Shown here piece by piece: positions 19,126 to 29,139 of a stretch of DNA of 64,000 nucleotides (its first letter is position 1; each line of letters opens with the position of its first letter). The translations under genes were made by a program, and so were the position numbers. The DNA is taken from IMG/VR virus record IMGVR_UViG_3300016457_000183; one strand, given 5' to 3'. Source of the stretch: an uncultured virus (IMG/VR IMGVR_UViG_3300016457_000183) (lineage: Duplodnaviria; Heunggongvirae; Uroviricota; Caudoviricetes). The notes below the pieces were generated by a model. That model worked only from the letters and a program-made list of their open reading frames with translations, made no database searches and had not been told where the DNA came from.

Positions 19126-20270
19126 TACTTTTCACCTCCTTTATACTTTTCTGTGAAATCCCACAGCATCCTCATCTTCTCAGAAGGATCTGCGTTTTTG
19201 TACTCTTCCGACTCGAGAAACTGCCGGATTGCATCCTCGGGAGCCTCTTCAGACCTCTCGCCACGAACAACTACAGTTTCCTTCAACTCCTTAACTTCAT
19301 CAGTAAGAGCCCGAACACTTTCGAGCACTTCTTGCATCGGCTCCTCCGCATTCTCTTCAAGATCGAGCTCCTCTACACTCTCTTCAATCTCTGCAGACTT
19401 TTTTGCAGGGTAGGGATAAGGATAGGGGTAAGGATATTTTTCCAACTTGTCCAAAATCTTCTTAAGCATCTCCATCGCCTCATCCAACTTCTTCATAACA
19501 GCATCTAAATTCGCGGCCTTAAGAAGTTCGTCCGCCCGCTCAACCAACGCAGAAACACGCTCATCAAGGTCTAGTAACAGTTCAAGCTGACTGGATTCCA
19601 CTGCCTCAATCAACTCCTCAGTTCCTTCCTCTTCTTCAAGAGCTTCCTCTTCCTTCTCCTCAAGCTCCTGCTCCTCTAGCTCTTTCATTTCCTTATCACT
19701 CATTTTGTCACCTCCTTGTTCTGAATTAACATCCCTTTGTAAGGGGACGAAGTCATTATCGCTCGCACTCCTTTGTACATACCACGATTGAATCTCTGCT
19801 TCATCAACAGCAGGTACGGAAACAACAGATACCTCAAGCAACTTCAAGTTATCAACAACTGACGTGGACCTTCCAGTATTCTCATCCCACTCTTCATGAG
19901 AAGCTAAAATCCGTCCGCGGATCGAGAACTTGTTCAACGTTCCTGATTTGATCTTCTCCTGAATCTCTTGCTCTGTCTTATCAATTACAGCAATTGTAAA
20001 CAACCCCTTATTATCCAACTTCACCTCATGAATGCGGCCAATAGGGCGATTTTGATCATGATTGAACAACACTGTGCTTCTCTTCTTCAGGTCCTCAGCA
20101 GCGTTAGACAATGCCTTCCTAGATATGACAGCATTATCCAAACCTTTATCATAAGTTGTAGCATAACCTGCGATCACCAACTCCCCCGGATTAGCAATCT
20201 TCTCGGAAACCTCAGCTGGAGCGCGAATGAATTCTGGATTTAACTGAAACAAGCCGTTCTCAAACCTCAT
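19125..20270 (-). CDS. HK97-type prohead protease fused to an acidic scaffold
   Basis: IAGYAT...VLFNHDQNRPIG...FSIRG...LLEVSVVSVPA; Glu-rich coiled-coil C-terminus; likely ATG at 20270 after GGAGG. Confidence 0.88.
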   Translation of the reverse strand: MRFENGLFQLNPEFIRAPAEVSEKIANPGELVIAGYATTYDKGLDNAVISRKALSNAAEDLKKRSTVLFNHDQNRPIGRIHEVKLDNKGLFTIAVIDKTEQEIQEKIKSGTLNKFSIRGRILASHEEWDENTGRSTSVVDNLKLLEVSVVSVPAVDEAEIQSWYVQRSASDNDFVPLQRDVNSEQGGDKMSDKEMKELEEQELEEKEEEALEEEEGTEELIEAVESSQLELLLDLDERVSALVERADELLKAANLDAVMKKLDEAMEMLKKILDKLEKYPYPYPYPYPAKKSAEIEESVEELDLEENAEEPMQEVLESVRALTDEVKELKETVVVRGERSEEAPEDAIRQFLESEEYKNADPSEKMRMLWDFTEKYKGGEK

Positions 20271-20347
20271 CTTGCACCTCCTTCCTGTTCCAAATTTTTT
20301 CCATAATAAAGTCACAGGGAACCTAAATTTGGGCAAGGGGTCCACGG

Positions 20348-21238
20348 TCACACTTTCAAACTGACCTTATGCCAAGCCCCCTCTTCCAAGTACTGATACT
20401 GTCTCTGGCTCTTCAGAGCTAACACCAAACTATCCCGCACCTTTAAACGTTTCGCTTTTGACTCTATAGTCCAATACTGAAAAGCTCTTGGAATTCTCTC
20501 CTTCAGTGCCTGGGGCAGCCCACTAAAATGCACAGGGGAAATAAATCGTTTCTTTACAGCTCGTGTAGAAAGAACATACGGGGTCTGGTTCTTTGCTTTA
20601 ATCCAAAGAAAACCACTAATTTCCTTACCCTCTTCCAGCTTCTGGGTCGTCCCAACAAGTACGGGTCGGGCACTGGCAGTAAAGAAGGTAAAGTTCTTAC
20701 CAAAAGGTCGAAGAATGTACCGTCCTCTAAAAGCCTTACCCTCAGTAAAGTAAAACTCAAACTCGTCCAGTTTCCGAGTTAAATGTTCCACTTTACCTTT
20801 ATCAACAATCGTCATATAGGACCACCATTTGCGCAAAACTCGAGCGCCAATAGTGCCTGGAGGAGAGATGTACTTTTTCACTCTCATCCATGCCTTAGCT
20901 TCCGGTAACTTAACAGTTGCCGCTAAGCTGCGCTGGCCCTGAATTTCTCCTGTTTTGAAGTTTAGTTTGAAGTTCTTAGGGTCTCGAACAACTTTCAAGA
21001 ACTCTGTCCAACCCTTCGGTCCATTGGGGCGGCGTTTGACAGCACCTTGCTTGTAAATGAACAAGGTAACTCCAATCACGTTATTGGGGTCGCCACAGTA
21101 ACCCATTCGCAAGTCTCCGTGGAGGACGCTAGCCCAATGAACGTGAAGAATGTAGTCGAATTTACCTTCACACCAAACTAAAAAAGGGCTGAGGTACTTC
21201 TTAAAAGTATAGGAAGTTACCGAGATATTCTCTCCCAC
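20348..21238 (-). CDS. LigD 3'-phosphoesterase-like protein
   Basis: YILHVHWASVLHGDLRM resembles the LigD PE signature (H-x5-H-x-D-x-R); C-terminal DKGKVEH...FEFYF...FRGRYILR. Confidence 0.55.
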   Translation of the reverse strand: MGENISVTSYTFKKYLSPFLVWCEGKFDYILHVHWASVLHGDLRMGYCGDPNNVIGVTLFIYKQGAVKRRPNGPKGWTEFLKVVRDPKNFKLNFKTGEIQGQRSLAATVKLPEAKAWMRVKKYISPPGTIGARVLRKWWSYMTIVDKGKVEHLTRKLDEFEFYFTEGKAFRGRYILRPFGKNFTFFTASARPVLVGTTQKLEEGKEISGFLWIKAKNQTPYVLSTRAVKKRFISPVHFSGLPQALKERIPRAFQYWTIESKAKRLKVRDSLVLALKSQRQYQYLEEGAWHKVSLKV

Positions 21239-21266
21239 ACCTTAATCCCCCTAACATCTTAAGAAA

Positions 21267-21296
21267 AGCTTACTAGGATAACACAGAAAAGTGCAA
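21267..21296 (-). promoter_or_regulatory. Putative sigma70-type promoter (TTGCAC-18-TAAGCT) for the head operon
   Basis: Intergenic; same -35 hexamer as the portal promoter. Confidence 0.45.
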
Positions 21297-21300
21297 GACG

Positions 21301-22746
21301 TCAGAGTTCTACGACAGCATATCCGCGGCCTACTCGCTTTCCTTCTAGGAAAAGCCTAATTGCTTCACGACTAAACCACCAAGCAAAAACAGTGTCGTCT
21401 TTCTTACTATAAGGATACGACAGTACCTCTCTTTTCCATTGGCACCAAGAACAACTACACTCAAGAGGGTGATCCCAAGAAGGGATCATCCACATATTAT
21501 TATCAAGTTCCACTCTAAGAGAAGGGATCCCTACCGAAATCAAGTGCTTTTGAACGCCTGTGTAATACGGTTTTAGAGGTAATTTACTTACTTCAGAAAT
21601 CCAATCTTGCATCATAGACTGAGTAGCGTTTGACTCAATCATAATCACTTCGGGTTGGTACTGCTTGTACATCCGAATGAGCTTGCGGGTCACATCAGGA
21701 GCTGGTTGCTTCAACCGAGCTATTTCAACAGGCCACCGAATTAGAGTTTCAGCATTCACCCGCACCACAAAAATCACCGAAAAATCATCTCCATGTCCAG
21801 CTGAAATATCCACCCCAAAGTAACACTTGATAAGAGAAGGATCCACATCGTTATACTCAGGAGGATTAGACCCTGGAGAAAGAGGCCAATCAGACCGTTG
21901 TTTAAATGAAGATGGCGGGAAAAGAGCAGTATCTACACGTGTTGGACGATGGCGAAAGCCTTTATCGAAAGCCAAAGGGTTTTCCTTCCACTTCTTATAA
22001 AGCTTCTCTCGCGACCACACTTGGGGCCATAGAGGGTCAAAGTTATCATTTATCGCCCAAACTTTACGAAACTCCCAGTCTTTATTCCTGAGCAATTCAG
22101 AGAGCAGATCGTCTTCATGCCAAATAGTACCAACAACTACCGCTTGGTTCCCTTGTGGTTCGAGAGTATTCATCCAAGTATCATAGAAAGCTTCCTTTAC
22201 TTTTCTCCGCAAACCTTCAGTAACGCAGTTCAAATTATCAACCATGTCATCTCCAATTATCACATCTGACCTACCTCCGGCCCCTGTAGATAGAACACTT
22301 CTTGCTTCGATCGTAGGATCACGAAGAACCAAAGAACGCTCCACATACAATCTATCCTTCGTCCAATAACGTGTCTTTGCGGGTCTAATCTCAGGAAAAA
22401 CAAACTGGTACCTTTTATTAAAAAGAAGAGTACTCGAAACTGCGGCTAAAATCTCTCTACCCTTGTCAATAGAGTTAGTTATGATCTTAATCCTTATATT
22501 GGGGTTACGCCCAATCAACCACGTCGAATACGCAATAGAAACTATGGTAGTTTTAGAGTGGGCCCGAGGAGCAGCAATCACAACTCGAGAACACTTCATA
22601 AGAGCGTCAATCCACTCTCGATGCATTGCCGACACTGGAAACCCAAAAACGAAGATCAAGTAGTGAAGGAAACTATTTTGGCAAATAGTACGAAGCTTCT
22701 TTAACGAAATGTGGAACTTACTTTGACTCAAATCTCGAGAAGGCAT
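21301..22746 (-). CDS. terL: Terminase large subunit
   Basis: APRAHSKTT Walker A, GGRSDVIIGDD Walker B, VVVGTIWHEDDL coupling motif, GVDIS and KKDDTV nuclease motifs. Confidence 0.93.
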   Translation of the reverse strand: MPSRDLSQSKFHISLKKLRTICQNSFLHYLIFVFGFPVSAMHREWIDALMKCSRVVIAAPRAHSKTTIVSIAYSTWLIGRNPNIRIKIITNSIDKGREILAAVSSTLLFNKRYQFVFPEIRPAKTRYWTKDRLYVERSLVLRDPTIEARSVLSTGAGGRSDVIIGDDMVDNLNCVTEGLRRKVKEAFYDTWMNTLEPQGNQAVVVGTIWHEDDLLSELLRNKDWEFRKVWAINDNFDPLWPQVWSREKLYKKWKENPLAFDKGFRHRPTRVDTALFPPSSFKQRSDWPLSPGSNPPEYNDVDPSLIKCYFGVDISAGHGDDFSVIFVVRVNAETLIRWPVEIARLKQPAPDVTRKLIRMYKQYQPEVIMIESNATQSMMQDWISEVSKLPLKPYYTGVQKHLISVGIPSLRVELDNNMWMIPSWDHPLECSCSWCQWKREVLSYPYSKKDDTVFAWWFSREAIRLFLEGKRVGRGYAVVEL

Positions 22747-23113
22747 CTACCACTTCCTTAAACTCCTGAAGAGCTTGGTATGCGAGGTCCTGTTCTCCTT
22801 TCTTGTGCTTGCCGTGTAACTCATGCTTAAACTTTAATACTAATTCCAAACCACGGAGAACGTCACTCCAATTCTTCGGCCTAATGCTTTCATTACCGCG
22901 TAACTCTTCTATTATCCTCTCAGCAATTGTATCAATCGCTTCCTGTTCAGGCGAACCAACCTCAGATGGAATGTCCTCCTGCTTAGGTAAGTCCTCAGAG
23001 GCAGCTTTACCCAACCCCAAGACCGGAGGAGACTCTAAATCGTCTAACGAGTGATCAAGAAAATCTTCAAGTTTCTTTGACATCCTCGAACTTCTCCTTC
23101 TCTGAGGTTTCAA
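22718..23113 (-). CDS. Putative terminase small subunit
   Basis: Small helical protein immediately upstream of terL; call rests on position only. Confidence 0.4.
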   Translation of the reverse strand: MKPQRRRSSRMSKKLEDFLDHSLDDLESPPVLGLGKAASEDLPKQEDIPSEVGSPEQEAIDTIAERIIEELRGNESIRPKNWSDVLRGLELVLKFKHELHGKHKKGEQDLAYQALQEFKEVVDAFSRFESK

Positions 23114-23723
23114 TTCCCCAACTAGGTACCAGAAAATACCGTGAGGGAAGTTTCAAGTTAACATCAAAATAAGTAGCCTCGTTAAATGGAAGAGGAACCT
23201 CCCTTACCCCATCCCGTGTAAACACTGTCCTTGTTAACTTCTTTTTAACCTCGTGGAACTCCCTATCAAACGTCCTGCTATTAGTCTGACATACAATTCC
23301 TCCCGGGGAATAAAACCAAATTCCTATGGTGATATCACGCCCTTTTAATCGTTCGAGGACATAACCCCGGTGAACTTGTTTAAACGTGCGAGAGTGTCTG
23401 CCAGTATTAGCAGGTAAAGATACTCCTTTCTTTCGCTCCTCAGCTGTAATACAGTAGAAATCAGGCGCAAGAATCGAACTGAGTTCAACAGGGGTAAACT
23501 TTACTACTCGAACTGTTGGGGGGGAATAGCTAAGCTGAATCTCCCCTCGATCAAATACACGCTCTACTAACTGTACCCCTCGAGATAGTACCTCTTGTAG
23601 AGCTTTGTTCTTTGTGCTCACAGTCATATTCCCTTCTTTCCACAACCACGTCCCTACAAGGGTACCTTCCTTATCAACGATATAACCCAATTCAGTTTTT
23701 ACTTCTTCAAACCGGCTAGCCAC
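23067..23723 (-). CDS. Hypothetical protein with an internal duplication
   Basis: GYIVDKEGTLVGTWLWKEGNMTVSTKNK vs GYVLERLKGRDITIGIWFYSPGGIVCQTNSR. Confidence 0.6.
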   Translation of the reverse strand: MASRFEEVKTELGYIVDKEGTLVGTWLWKEGNMTVSTKNKALQEVLSRGVQLVERVFDRGEIQLSYSPPTVRVVKFTPVELSSILAPDFYCITAEERKKGVSLPANTGRHSRTFKQVHRGYVLERLKGRDITIGIWFYSPGGIVCQTNSRTFDREFHEVKKKLTRTVFTRDGVREVPLPFNEATYFDVNLKLPSRYFLVPSWGIETSEKEKFEDVKET

Positions 23724-26700
23724 TTCAAAGCCTCCTTTTTAGTCTTGAAAGAAGTCAATTTCTCATACACATCAATCATACTCATCTTACCTTCAGCTAC
23801 AACCGAAACAATCTTGTCCATAAAAACCTCTAAGTCTCTACCTTCGAGCTTCAAAGTCTTCTCAAGAACTTCGCGCACATCCTTTAGAGTTACTAGAGTC
23901 TTTTCGGGAAGAGAAGGTGCCTTACGAGGCTTCCTAATCTCTTTGGGTTTCGGCTCAGAACTAGGCATTTTCTTCTTCTCAGGCGCTTTGAAAAAGCGCT
24001 CGACAATATCTTTTATCTTCTTCCGTAAGTCTTCGCCCTCTGCAGTAGCAGCGCTCTCGAACAACGCTATCAACTCCTCAAACCCAACATCTTCTCTAAT
24101 ATGTGCCCACAGAAGGTTCGGAAGAAGTTGCTTTATCTGACTCCGTGTTAAACCTATACGTGAAAGGGCCTCAAAAACACGTTTCCACATAGGGTGCTTA
24201 CTTATCAAAGTTTCTGGACGTACAGCAAGGTTCTGCAAGAGCGATTCCATAAACAAGTACAACTCGGGGTCACTGAAGTACAACACCGATGGGTTACGTA
24301 TATAAGTGGCAAACAACTCGGCAAAGGATTCGTCGATGCTCTGTAATGAGTACAGTCGCATCGGAAGTGCCCAGTTCCGCATCACCTCTTGTAACTTAGG
24401 ATAAATAGGCTTAAAAATTTCCTCTCTAAATACGTCTCGAGACCCTAAGAAAAAGCTCCCAAGAGTTCTCTTCTCACTTGCATCAAGCATCTCGTTCATG
24501 TACCCCATGAACTTTTGAGCTTCCTTTTCAGTCAAATAAGGTAAAACTTGCTCGTAAAACGGGATCAAAACTCGTTCACGGTACACATAAGCAAACGCGT
24601 CTCTTAGTGTAGAGCGCGCGGTAAAATGACGCTCAAACACATGATGGCCTAGCTCGTGGAGGAACTGAAATGTATCCCCCGTAGTCAAGATAGAACCAAC
24701 AAAGGACTTCACAAACTCATCATAGGTCCCCTCCAAACTATAAGACGCGTCGTAGCGAGATACATCTGACAACTTAATTCCCTTCAACCCATCCCAAAAA
24801 GATGGAACTCGTAACATCGGATAACTCTTAAGGATTTCTACCAATCTATCACGGAACTCTGAGTCAACGTATTCCAGTCGAGTAAGTACTCTATCAGGAG
24901 TTAACGTGGCCCGCCAAGGGGCGGAACGGGCCTTATAAACACGGTTAAGCCAATTCTCATAAGTAGTTGGGGACCACACATGGGTTGCCAGGAGTTCTCG
25001 AAAAGCGGGCATCCCTACTATATCCTCTCGATGAGGGCTAAAAATGGACGCCCGGAACATGTAAGTAAAAAACTCTCTGGGATCAAAGTAAGCCTTAACT
25101 GGAATATCAAACAGCTTAAGTGACAATTTCTCAAAAGGAGCGAAATCACCTTCCAACCAAGACTCTTTCAACTCTGAAGGTAAAAGCTTACTTAATTGCT
25201 CGTTCCAAAGCACTTTCCTGGCCCGCTCCATTATAGACATTATCTCAGAGACGAAAGGTGAGCTAGGATACTGAAAGTTCTGACGTAACAGGACGTTCAG
25301 GGCGACTGCATCGACAAAAGCTGAACGAATCTGCTCCTCAGTAAAAGAGGCGGGGATTTCGAGTATATTTCGTATAGCATCGTATTTAGGTTGGGTTAAA
25401 GTCTCGCGCAATCGGATTTCCTTAAATAAAGCAACGTACGAAGGCTCCCGTAAGTGAGGGTTCTTTTTGAGAGCTTCTGCGATCTTCTTATCGATATGTT
25501 CGATTACGTCAGAATAAACAAGCGCTGCTTCCTTTAGAGGGACGTGCAAATTCCTAAACTTGATAACTTTACCGATCCACTCGTTAACACTTGCTTGCGT
25601 AATATTAGAAACAGGTTCAAGGGCACACCTACAGTTATGGCCACAACGCACACCATAACCGGGCCAAGTTTGAAGCAGTTCAAGCGTGGATGGTTTAAAA
25701 ACGCGCCCTTGAAGAGCTGCACAGTCTTCGCAATTACCACTCCACATACACTTCCCATTGCGCATGATGTAAAGAGTGTGCCATTTAGGAAGAGTCACGT
25801 CGTAGACCTTCCCCTTGTAGTAAGAAAGGCGAACTTCTGCTTCACTACAGGAAATACTAGACACGTCAGCAACATCGACGGGAACACCATGGTAGAAAGA
25901 AACCTTCGCAAATTGAGTCAGCTCTCCTGCGCGAACTTTCCGAAGTCTTCCATTATCATACACAAAACACTGATGATCAGGTGTCACGAGTAGATCCGTT
26001 TGATAGCCCTCGAAATGAATCATCTCACCATCGTACTCAAACGTCTGATAGGCAACAGGTTTAAGCCACTCAACCTGAGTCAAATCATCAGGGTTAATAC
26101 TCAACAACCTCTCCGTACCATCCAAATCCTTAAAGAACTTCCACCCCCGATCCGTCAACACTTTAGTTGCTTCATCATAACATGTAACATCATCAGATAT
26201 GCCCACCCAGCGTAAGAGCACTCCTTGTGTCTCCTCAAAAAACTTAGACACAAGTACAAGAGGGAGATTCGCAAACAAAGTGACAAACCCTGCGGCGGCA
26301 ATAATCGCGCGTATAAAATTGTCAAGATCTTTTTTAACTTGATCCCACTCACCTCTTTTTGCTTCATTGTGAATAGAATCTAAACGCTCTTTCCAACTCC
26401 GAATAGACTCTCGACGAAGTCGTCGATCGTGTTCAGCAATCTCAGCGTCAATCAGATCCTTATCGAACTCGCGTCTGTTCCAAAACTGGAGCACGCGTTC
26501 ATAACCCAGCGCAATCGACTGGGCCTCATAATTATCAATGATCCCTTCTACTCGTAGTAAGAAAGGCACATAAGAAGGTAAAGCAGGGGTATCCTGACGC
26601 AACATCACCTTCTCTTCAAAAGAAGAACGATAATCCAGAACTGCCTCTCTTAACTCCTCTTGCATCGATTTCAGCAACTTAATTCTCCTAAGAACAAACC

Positions 26701-27967
26701 GTGCTACCTTCTCATCGGACAAAAGAGAGAGATTCCTAAGCTGTTTCACTTCTTCTATAGAAAGCGAGCGAGTAATATCTGTATCTTGTTTAGCGTCCGA
26801 GAGAGGTACCACAGGAGATTGTTGCCCACTCTTCCCTACAGGAGTTAAACCTTGAGGCTGCATAACTGACAACTGATCGCCGCCTTTAACCGGTGGTAAG
26901 TACATAAACTGACGGGCCTCATTAGGTGAGATCAACCCTGACTTAGTCCCTTCAATAATACGTTGCAACGAGTGTGCAGGAGGAATCTTAAAACTAAAAG
27001 TAACTCCATAAGGTTTAAGAAACCGATTCAGTCGATTCTGGATCGCCCGAGCAACCACAGGGACTAAGGTAGAATACATCAAATCTTCGTTAGGTCGTGA
27101 CTGAAGTAAACTACTTCCAGGAGGCACAAATCCAAAAGCGCTCCGAACTAGCCAATCTAAGCGATCCAAGAACGTAGCAACCATCTGAATGTCAAATTGT
27201 TTAACCAACTCGATCCACTCCCCTTTACCAGCGCCCCATACCACGGGGATTTTCACTTTACCTCCAGATACTAACGAGGTTAAGTCCTCTTGAAACCTAT
27301 TAACAACTGCCTCGTCCAAACTCTCCGGAAAAATAAATGTCCCGATAGGCTTCCTAGATTCAGGATCGCTTTTCACTAAGTTCTTTAACAAGCTCGTAAC
27401 TTCATAAGTAAGAGACTCTAAGATAGACCCTCCAGTAGCAGTGTAAGTTTTAGGAATAAGTTGAATGTACACTAACTCATCTGGGCGAAACTTATACACC
27501 TTACCCAAGCCGACTTGTTGAATGAACCCACGAAGCCTGCCGTCTTTCTCATACACTGGAGAAAAAGTGGCTGCATCGCGTGCCGTAAATCCGGTTAACC
27601 TTCCGCCAAATGTCTTCAAAGGTACTAACACACCTTTGTTCAACACCAACAAATCCACTGTCAAAGCGATTAACACATCTCGAAAAGTCTCTCCAGTTAT
27701 AGTCTCGCGCACAAAAATAAGATCGATTACTTCACTTTTCTTCAAACCAAACTTTACATCATACTCTCGCGGAAGGTCCGCAACAGAACTCGCAATATGG
27801 TCAACACACCGCCTCACAACATTAGTCTCTTTATAGATTTGACGGAGTTGCGAGGCGGAAAGAGAAGTAACCAAACTTGCGAAAGTTCCTGCAGTGATCG
27901 AAGTCTCTCCAACTAATCGCTCCTTAACCTGTTGTTCCTTCTCCTTCTTCTCAAGTTGTCTCTCCAC
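23699..27967 (-). CDS. Portal protein fused to a MuF/head-morphogenesis domain (with intein) and a zincin metallopeptidase-like domain
   Basis: Portal: VRRCVDHIASSVA, GLISPNEARQ...PPVKGGD; MuF: RWVGISDDVT[intein]CEDC...HNCRC; zincin: FLHELGHH...SIDESFAELF. Confidence 0.85.
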   Translation of the reverse strand: MERQLEKKEKEQQVKERLVGETSITAGTFASLVTSLSASQLRQIYKETNVVRRCVDHIASSVADLPREYDVKFGLKKSEVIDLIFVRETITGETFRDVLIALTVDLLVLNKGVLVPLKTFGGRLTGFTARDAATFSPVYEKDGRLRGFIQQVGLGKVYKFRPDELVYIQLIPKTYTATGGSILESLTYEVTSLLKNLVKSDPESRKPIGTFIFPESLDEAVVNRFQEDLTSLVSGGKVKIPVVWGAGKGEWIELVKQFDIQMVATFLDRLDWLVRSAFGFVPPGSSLLQSRPNEDLMYSTLVPVVARAIQNRLNRFLKPYGVTFSFKIPPAHSLQRIIEGTKSGLISPNEARQFMYLPPVKGGDQLSVMQPQGLTPVGKSGQQSPVVPLSDAKQDTDITRSLSIEEVKQLRNLSLLSDEKVARFVLRRIKLLKSMQEELREAVLDYRSSFEEKVMLRQDTPALPSYVPFLLRVEGIIDNYEAQSIALGYERVLQFWNRREFDKDLIDAEIAEHDRRLRRESIRSWKERLDSIHNEAKRGEWDQVKKDLDNFIRAIIAAAGFVTLFANLPLVLVSKFFEETQGVLLRWVGISDDVTCYDEATKVLTDRGWKFFKDLDGTERLLSINPDDLTQVEWLKPVAYQTFEYDGEMIHFEGYQTDLLVTPDHQCFVYDNGRLRKVRAGELTQFAKVSFYHGVPVDVADVSSISCSEAEVRLSYYKGKVYDVTLPKWHTLYIMRNGKCMWSGNCEDCAALQGRVFKPSTLELLQTWPGYGVRCGHNCRCALEPVSNITQASVNEWIGKVIKFRNLHVPLKEAALVYSDVIEHIDKKIAEALKKNPHLREPSYVALFKEIRLRETLTQPKYDAIRNILEIPASFTEEQIRSAFVDAVALNVLLRQNFQYPSSPFVSEIMSIMERARKVLWNEQLSKLLPSELKESWLEGDFAPFEKLSLKLFDIPVKAYFDPREFFTYMFRASIFSPHREDIVGMPAFRELLATHVWSPTTYENWLNRVYKARSAPWRATLTPDRVLTRLEYVDSEFRDRLVEILKSYPMLRVPSFWDGLKGIKLSDVSRYDASYSLEGTYDEFVKSFVGSILTTGDTFQFLHELGHHVFERHFTARSTLRDAFAYVYRERVLIPFYEQVLPYLTEKEAQKFMGYMNEMLDASEKRTLGSFFLGSRDVFREEIFKPIYPKLQEVMRNWALPMRLYSLQSIDESFAELFATYIRNPSVLYFSDPELYLFMESLLQNLAVRPETLISKHPMWKRVFEALSRIGLTRSQIKQLLPNLLWAHIREDVGFEELIALFESAATAEGEDLRKKIKDIVERFFKAPEKKKMPSSEPKPKEIRKPRKAPSLPEKTLVTLKDVREVLEKTLKLEGRDLEVFMDKIVSVVAEGKMSMIDVYEKLTSFKTKKEALKWLAGLKK
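25733..26182 (-). mobile_element. Mini-intein (150 aa) in the MuF domain
   Basis: CYDEATKVLTDRGWK...LLVTPDH...KVYDVTLPKWHTLYIMRNGKCMWSGN|C. Confidence 0.9.
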
Positions 27968-27986
27968 AGTCTTCCTCCTCTACGGG

Positions 27987-28036
27987 TTGACTCGGCGTCT
28001 CCTTACCTTTATACTAGAACCAACCAACTAGTGCAA
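27987..28036. promoter_or_regulatory. Overlapping divergent sigma70-type promoters
   Basis: Plus: TTGACT(27987)-17-TATACT(28010-28015). Minus: TTGCAC(28036)-17-TATAAA(28013-28008). Confidence 0.7.
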
Positions 28037-28045
28037 GGAGTAAGT

Positions 28046-28837
28046 ATGAAAGTAACTCAGCTTTTAGGGGCCGATTTATCAAAAATCCCTACTAAAGACC
28101 TGCTTTTTAAGCACTCAATTGTAGTAGCCCTGATTAAAAAGGCCCGAAAAAAAGGAGGGAAAGTCGGGGGTTTGACTCTATCGCAGCTTATGAAACTCGA
28201 CAGCTTAATAGTCAGAGAACTGCGTAAGAGAGGGGTAAACGCTCATAAAGTAAAAAGAAGTTTGAACAGGATGTTACCTTTCCAGATCAAAAACCCCTAC
28301 GTGATCGTAACAGGATCAGTCTTCTACGGAACACCGCACGATCTCGATTTTATGGTCTTCACTCCTCTCAAGATTGAAGAAGACCCAATCGCCAGAGTGA
28401 CCAAACAAGTCCTCGAAAAATTTCTACCAACTTATGTTCACTGGTCAAACGCATACTACGGAACACCTTTCTCAACGTTCGCTCCCATCTACAATTTAGA
28501 GCTCACACCGCCGGTCTTGAGTAGGAAGTACGCGCCTATGTACCCTAAAAACTATACCAACCCAATTTCCATTGATCTTCACAAAATAGTCAACGACTTA
28601 CCCGAAAAACAGACACTTATCAAAAACTTTATACACTACGCACCTGCATATCATCTCTTCTTAATACCCAAAATACCTATTTACTACTTCGTTCCTCTTT
28701 ATATTAGACTACAGAGAATGTTCCCGGTAGAAGAGAGGCCAGAGATTAAAGCGCTAAAGGGGGGAGTACACCAAAACTGTATTCCGGTGTACGATCTAAC
28801 ACTGCGGAAGGTCTCTTTCAAGATCACGGAGATGTAA
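28046..28837 (+). CDS. Pol-beta-family nucleotidyltransferase-like protein
   Basis: VIVTGSVFYGTPHDLDFMV (GS...DxD); ATG at 28046 after AAGGAG. Confidence 0.55.
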   Translation: MKVTQLLGADLSKIPTKDLLFKHSIVVALIKKARKKGGKVGGLTLSQLMKLDSLIVRELRKRGVNAHKVKRSLNRMLPFQIKNPYVIVTGSVFYGTPHDLDFMVFTPLKIEEDPIARVTKQVLEKFLPTYVHWSNAYYGTPFSTFAPIYNLELTPPVLSRKYAPMYPKNYTNPISIDLHKIVNDLPEKQTLIKNFIHYAPAYHLFLIPKIPIYYFVPLYIRLQRMFPVEERPEIKALKGGVHQNCIPVYDLTLRKVSFKITEM

Positions 28838-28839
28838 TC

Positions 28840-29139
28840 CTATCCTTTTAAAAGATATCCTAACACGAAACTAATCGCACAAACGGAGCCACAAACTAGG
28901 ATAACTTTAATGAACAAACTCCGTAAAATACGCCAAATATCATCTACTCGGAGTTTAACTTCAGTCACACTCGACACAACAGAAGTTTGATTTTCACACA
29001 GACTTTCTGCCTTACGTTCAATCACAGTCACCCGCTCAACTAACTTCTCCGTGGCAGACGTATTCCCTCGTACTAGTTCAACCAACAATTCTTCGACTGT
29101 AGAGAGATTCCTTAAGTCCACCGTTACTTCAAAAAGCAC
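28840..29139 (-). CDS. Small coiled-coil protein with a C-terminal TM helix (holin/XhlA-like topology)
   Basis: C-terminal VILVCGSVCAISFVLGYLL. Confidence 0.45.
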   Translation of the reverse strand: MLFEVTVDLRNLSTVEELLVELVRGNTSATEKLVERVTVIERKAESLCENQTSVVSSVTEVKLRVDDIWRILRSLFIKVILVCGSVCAISFVLGYLLKG

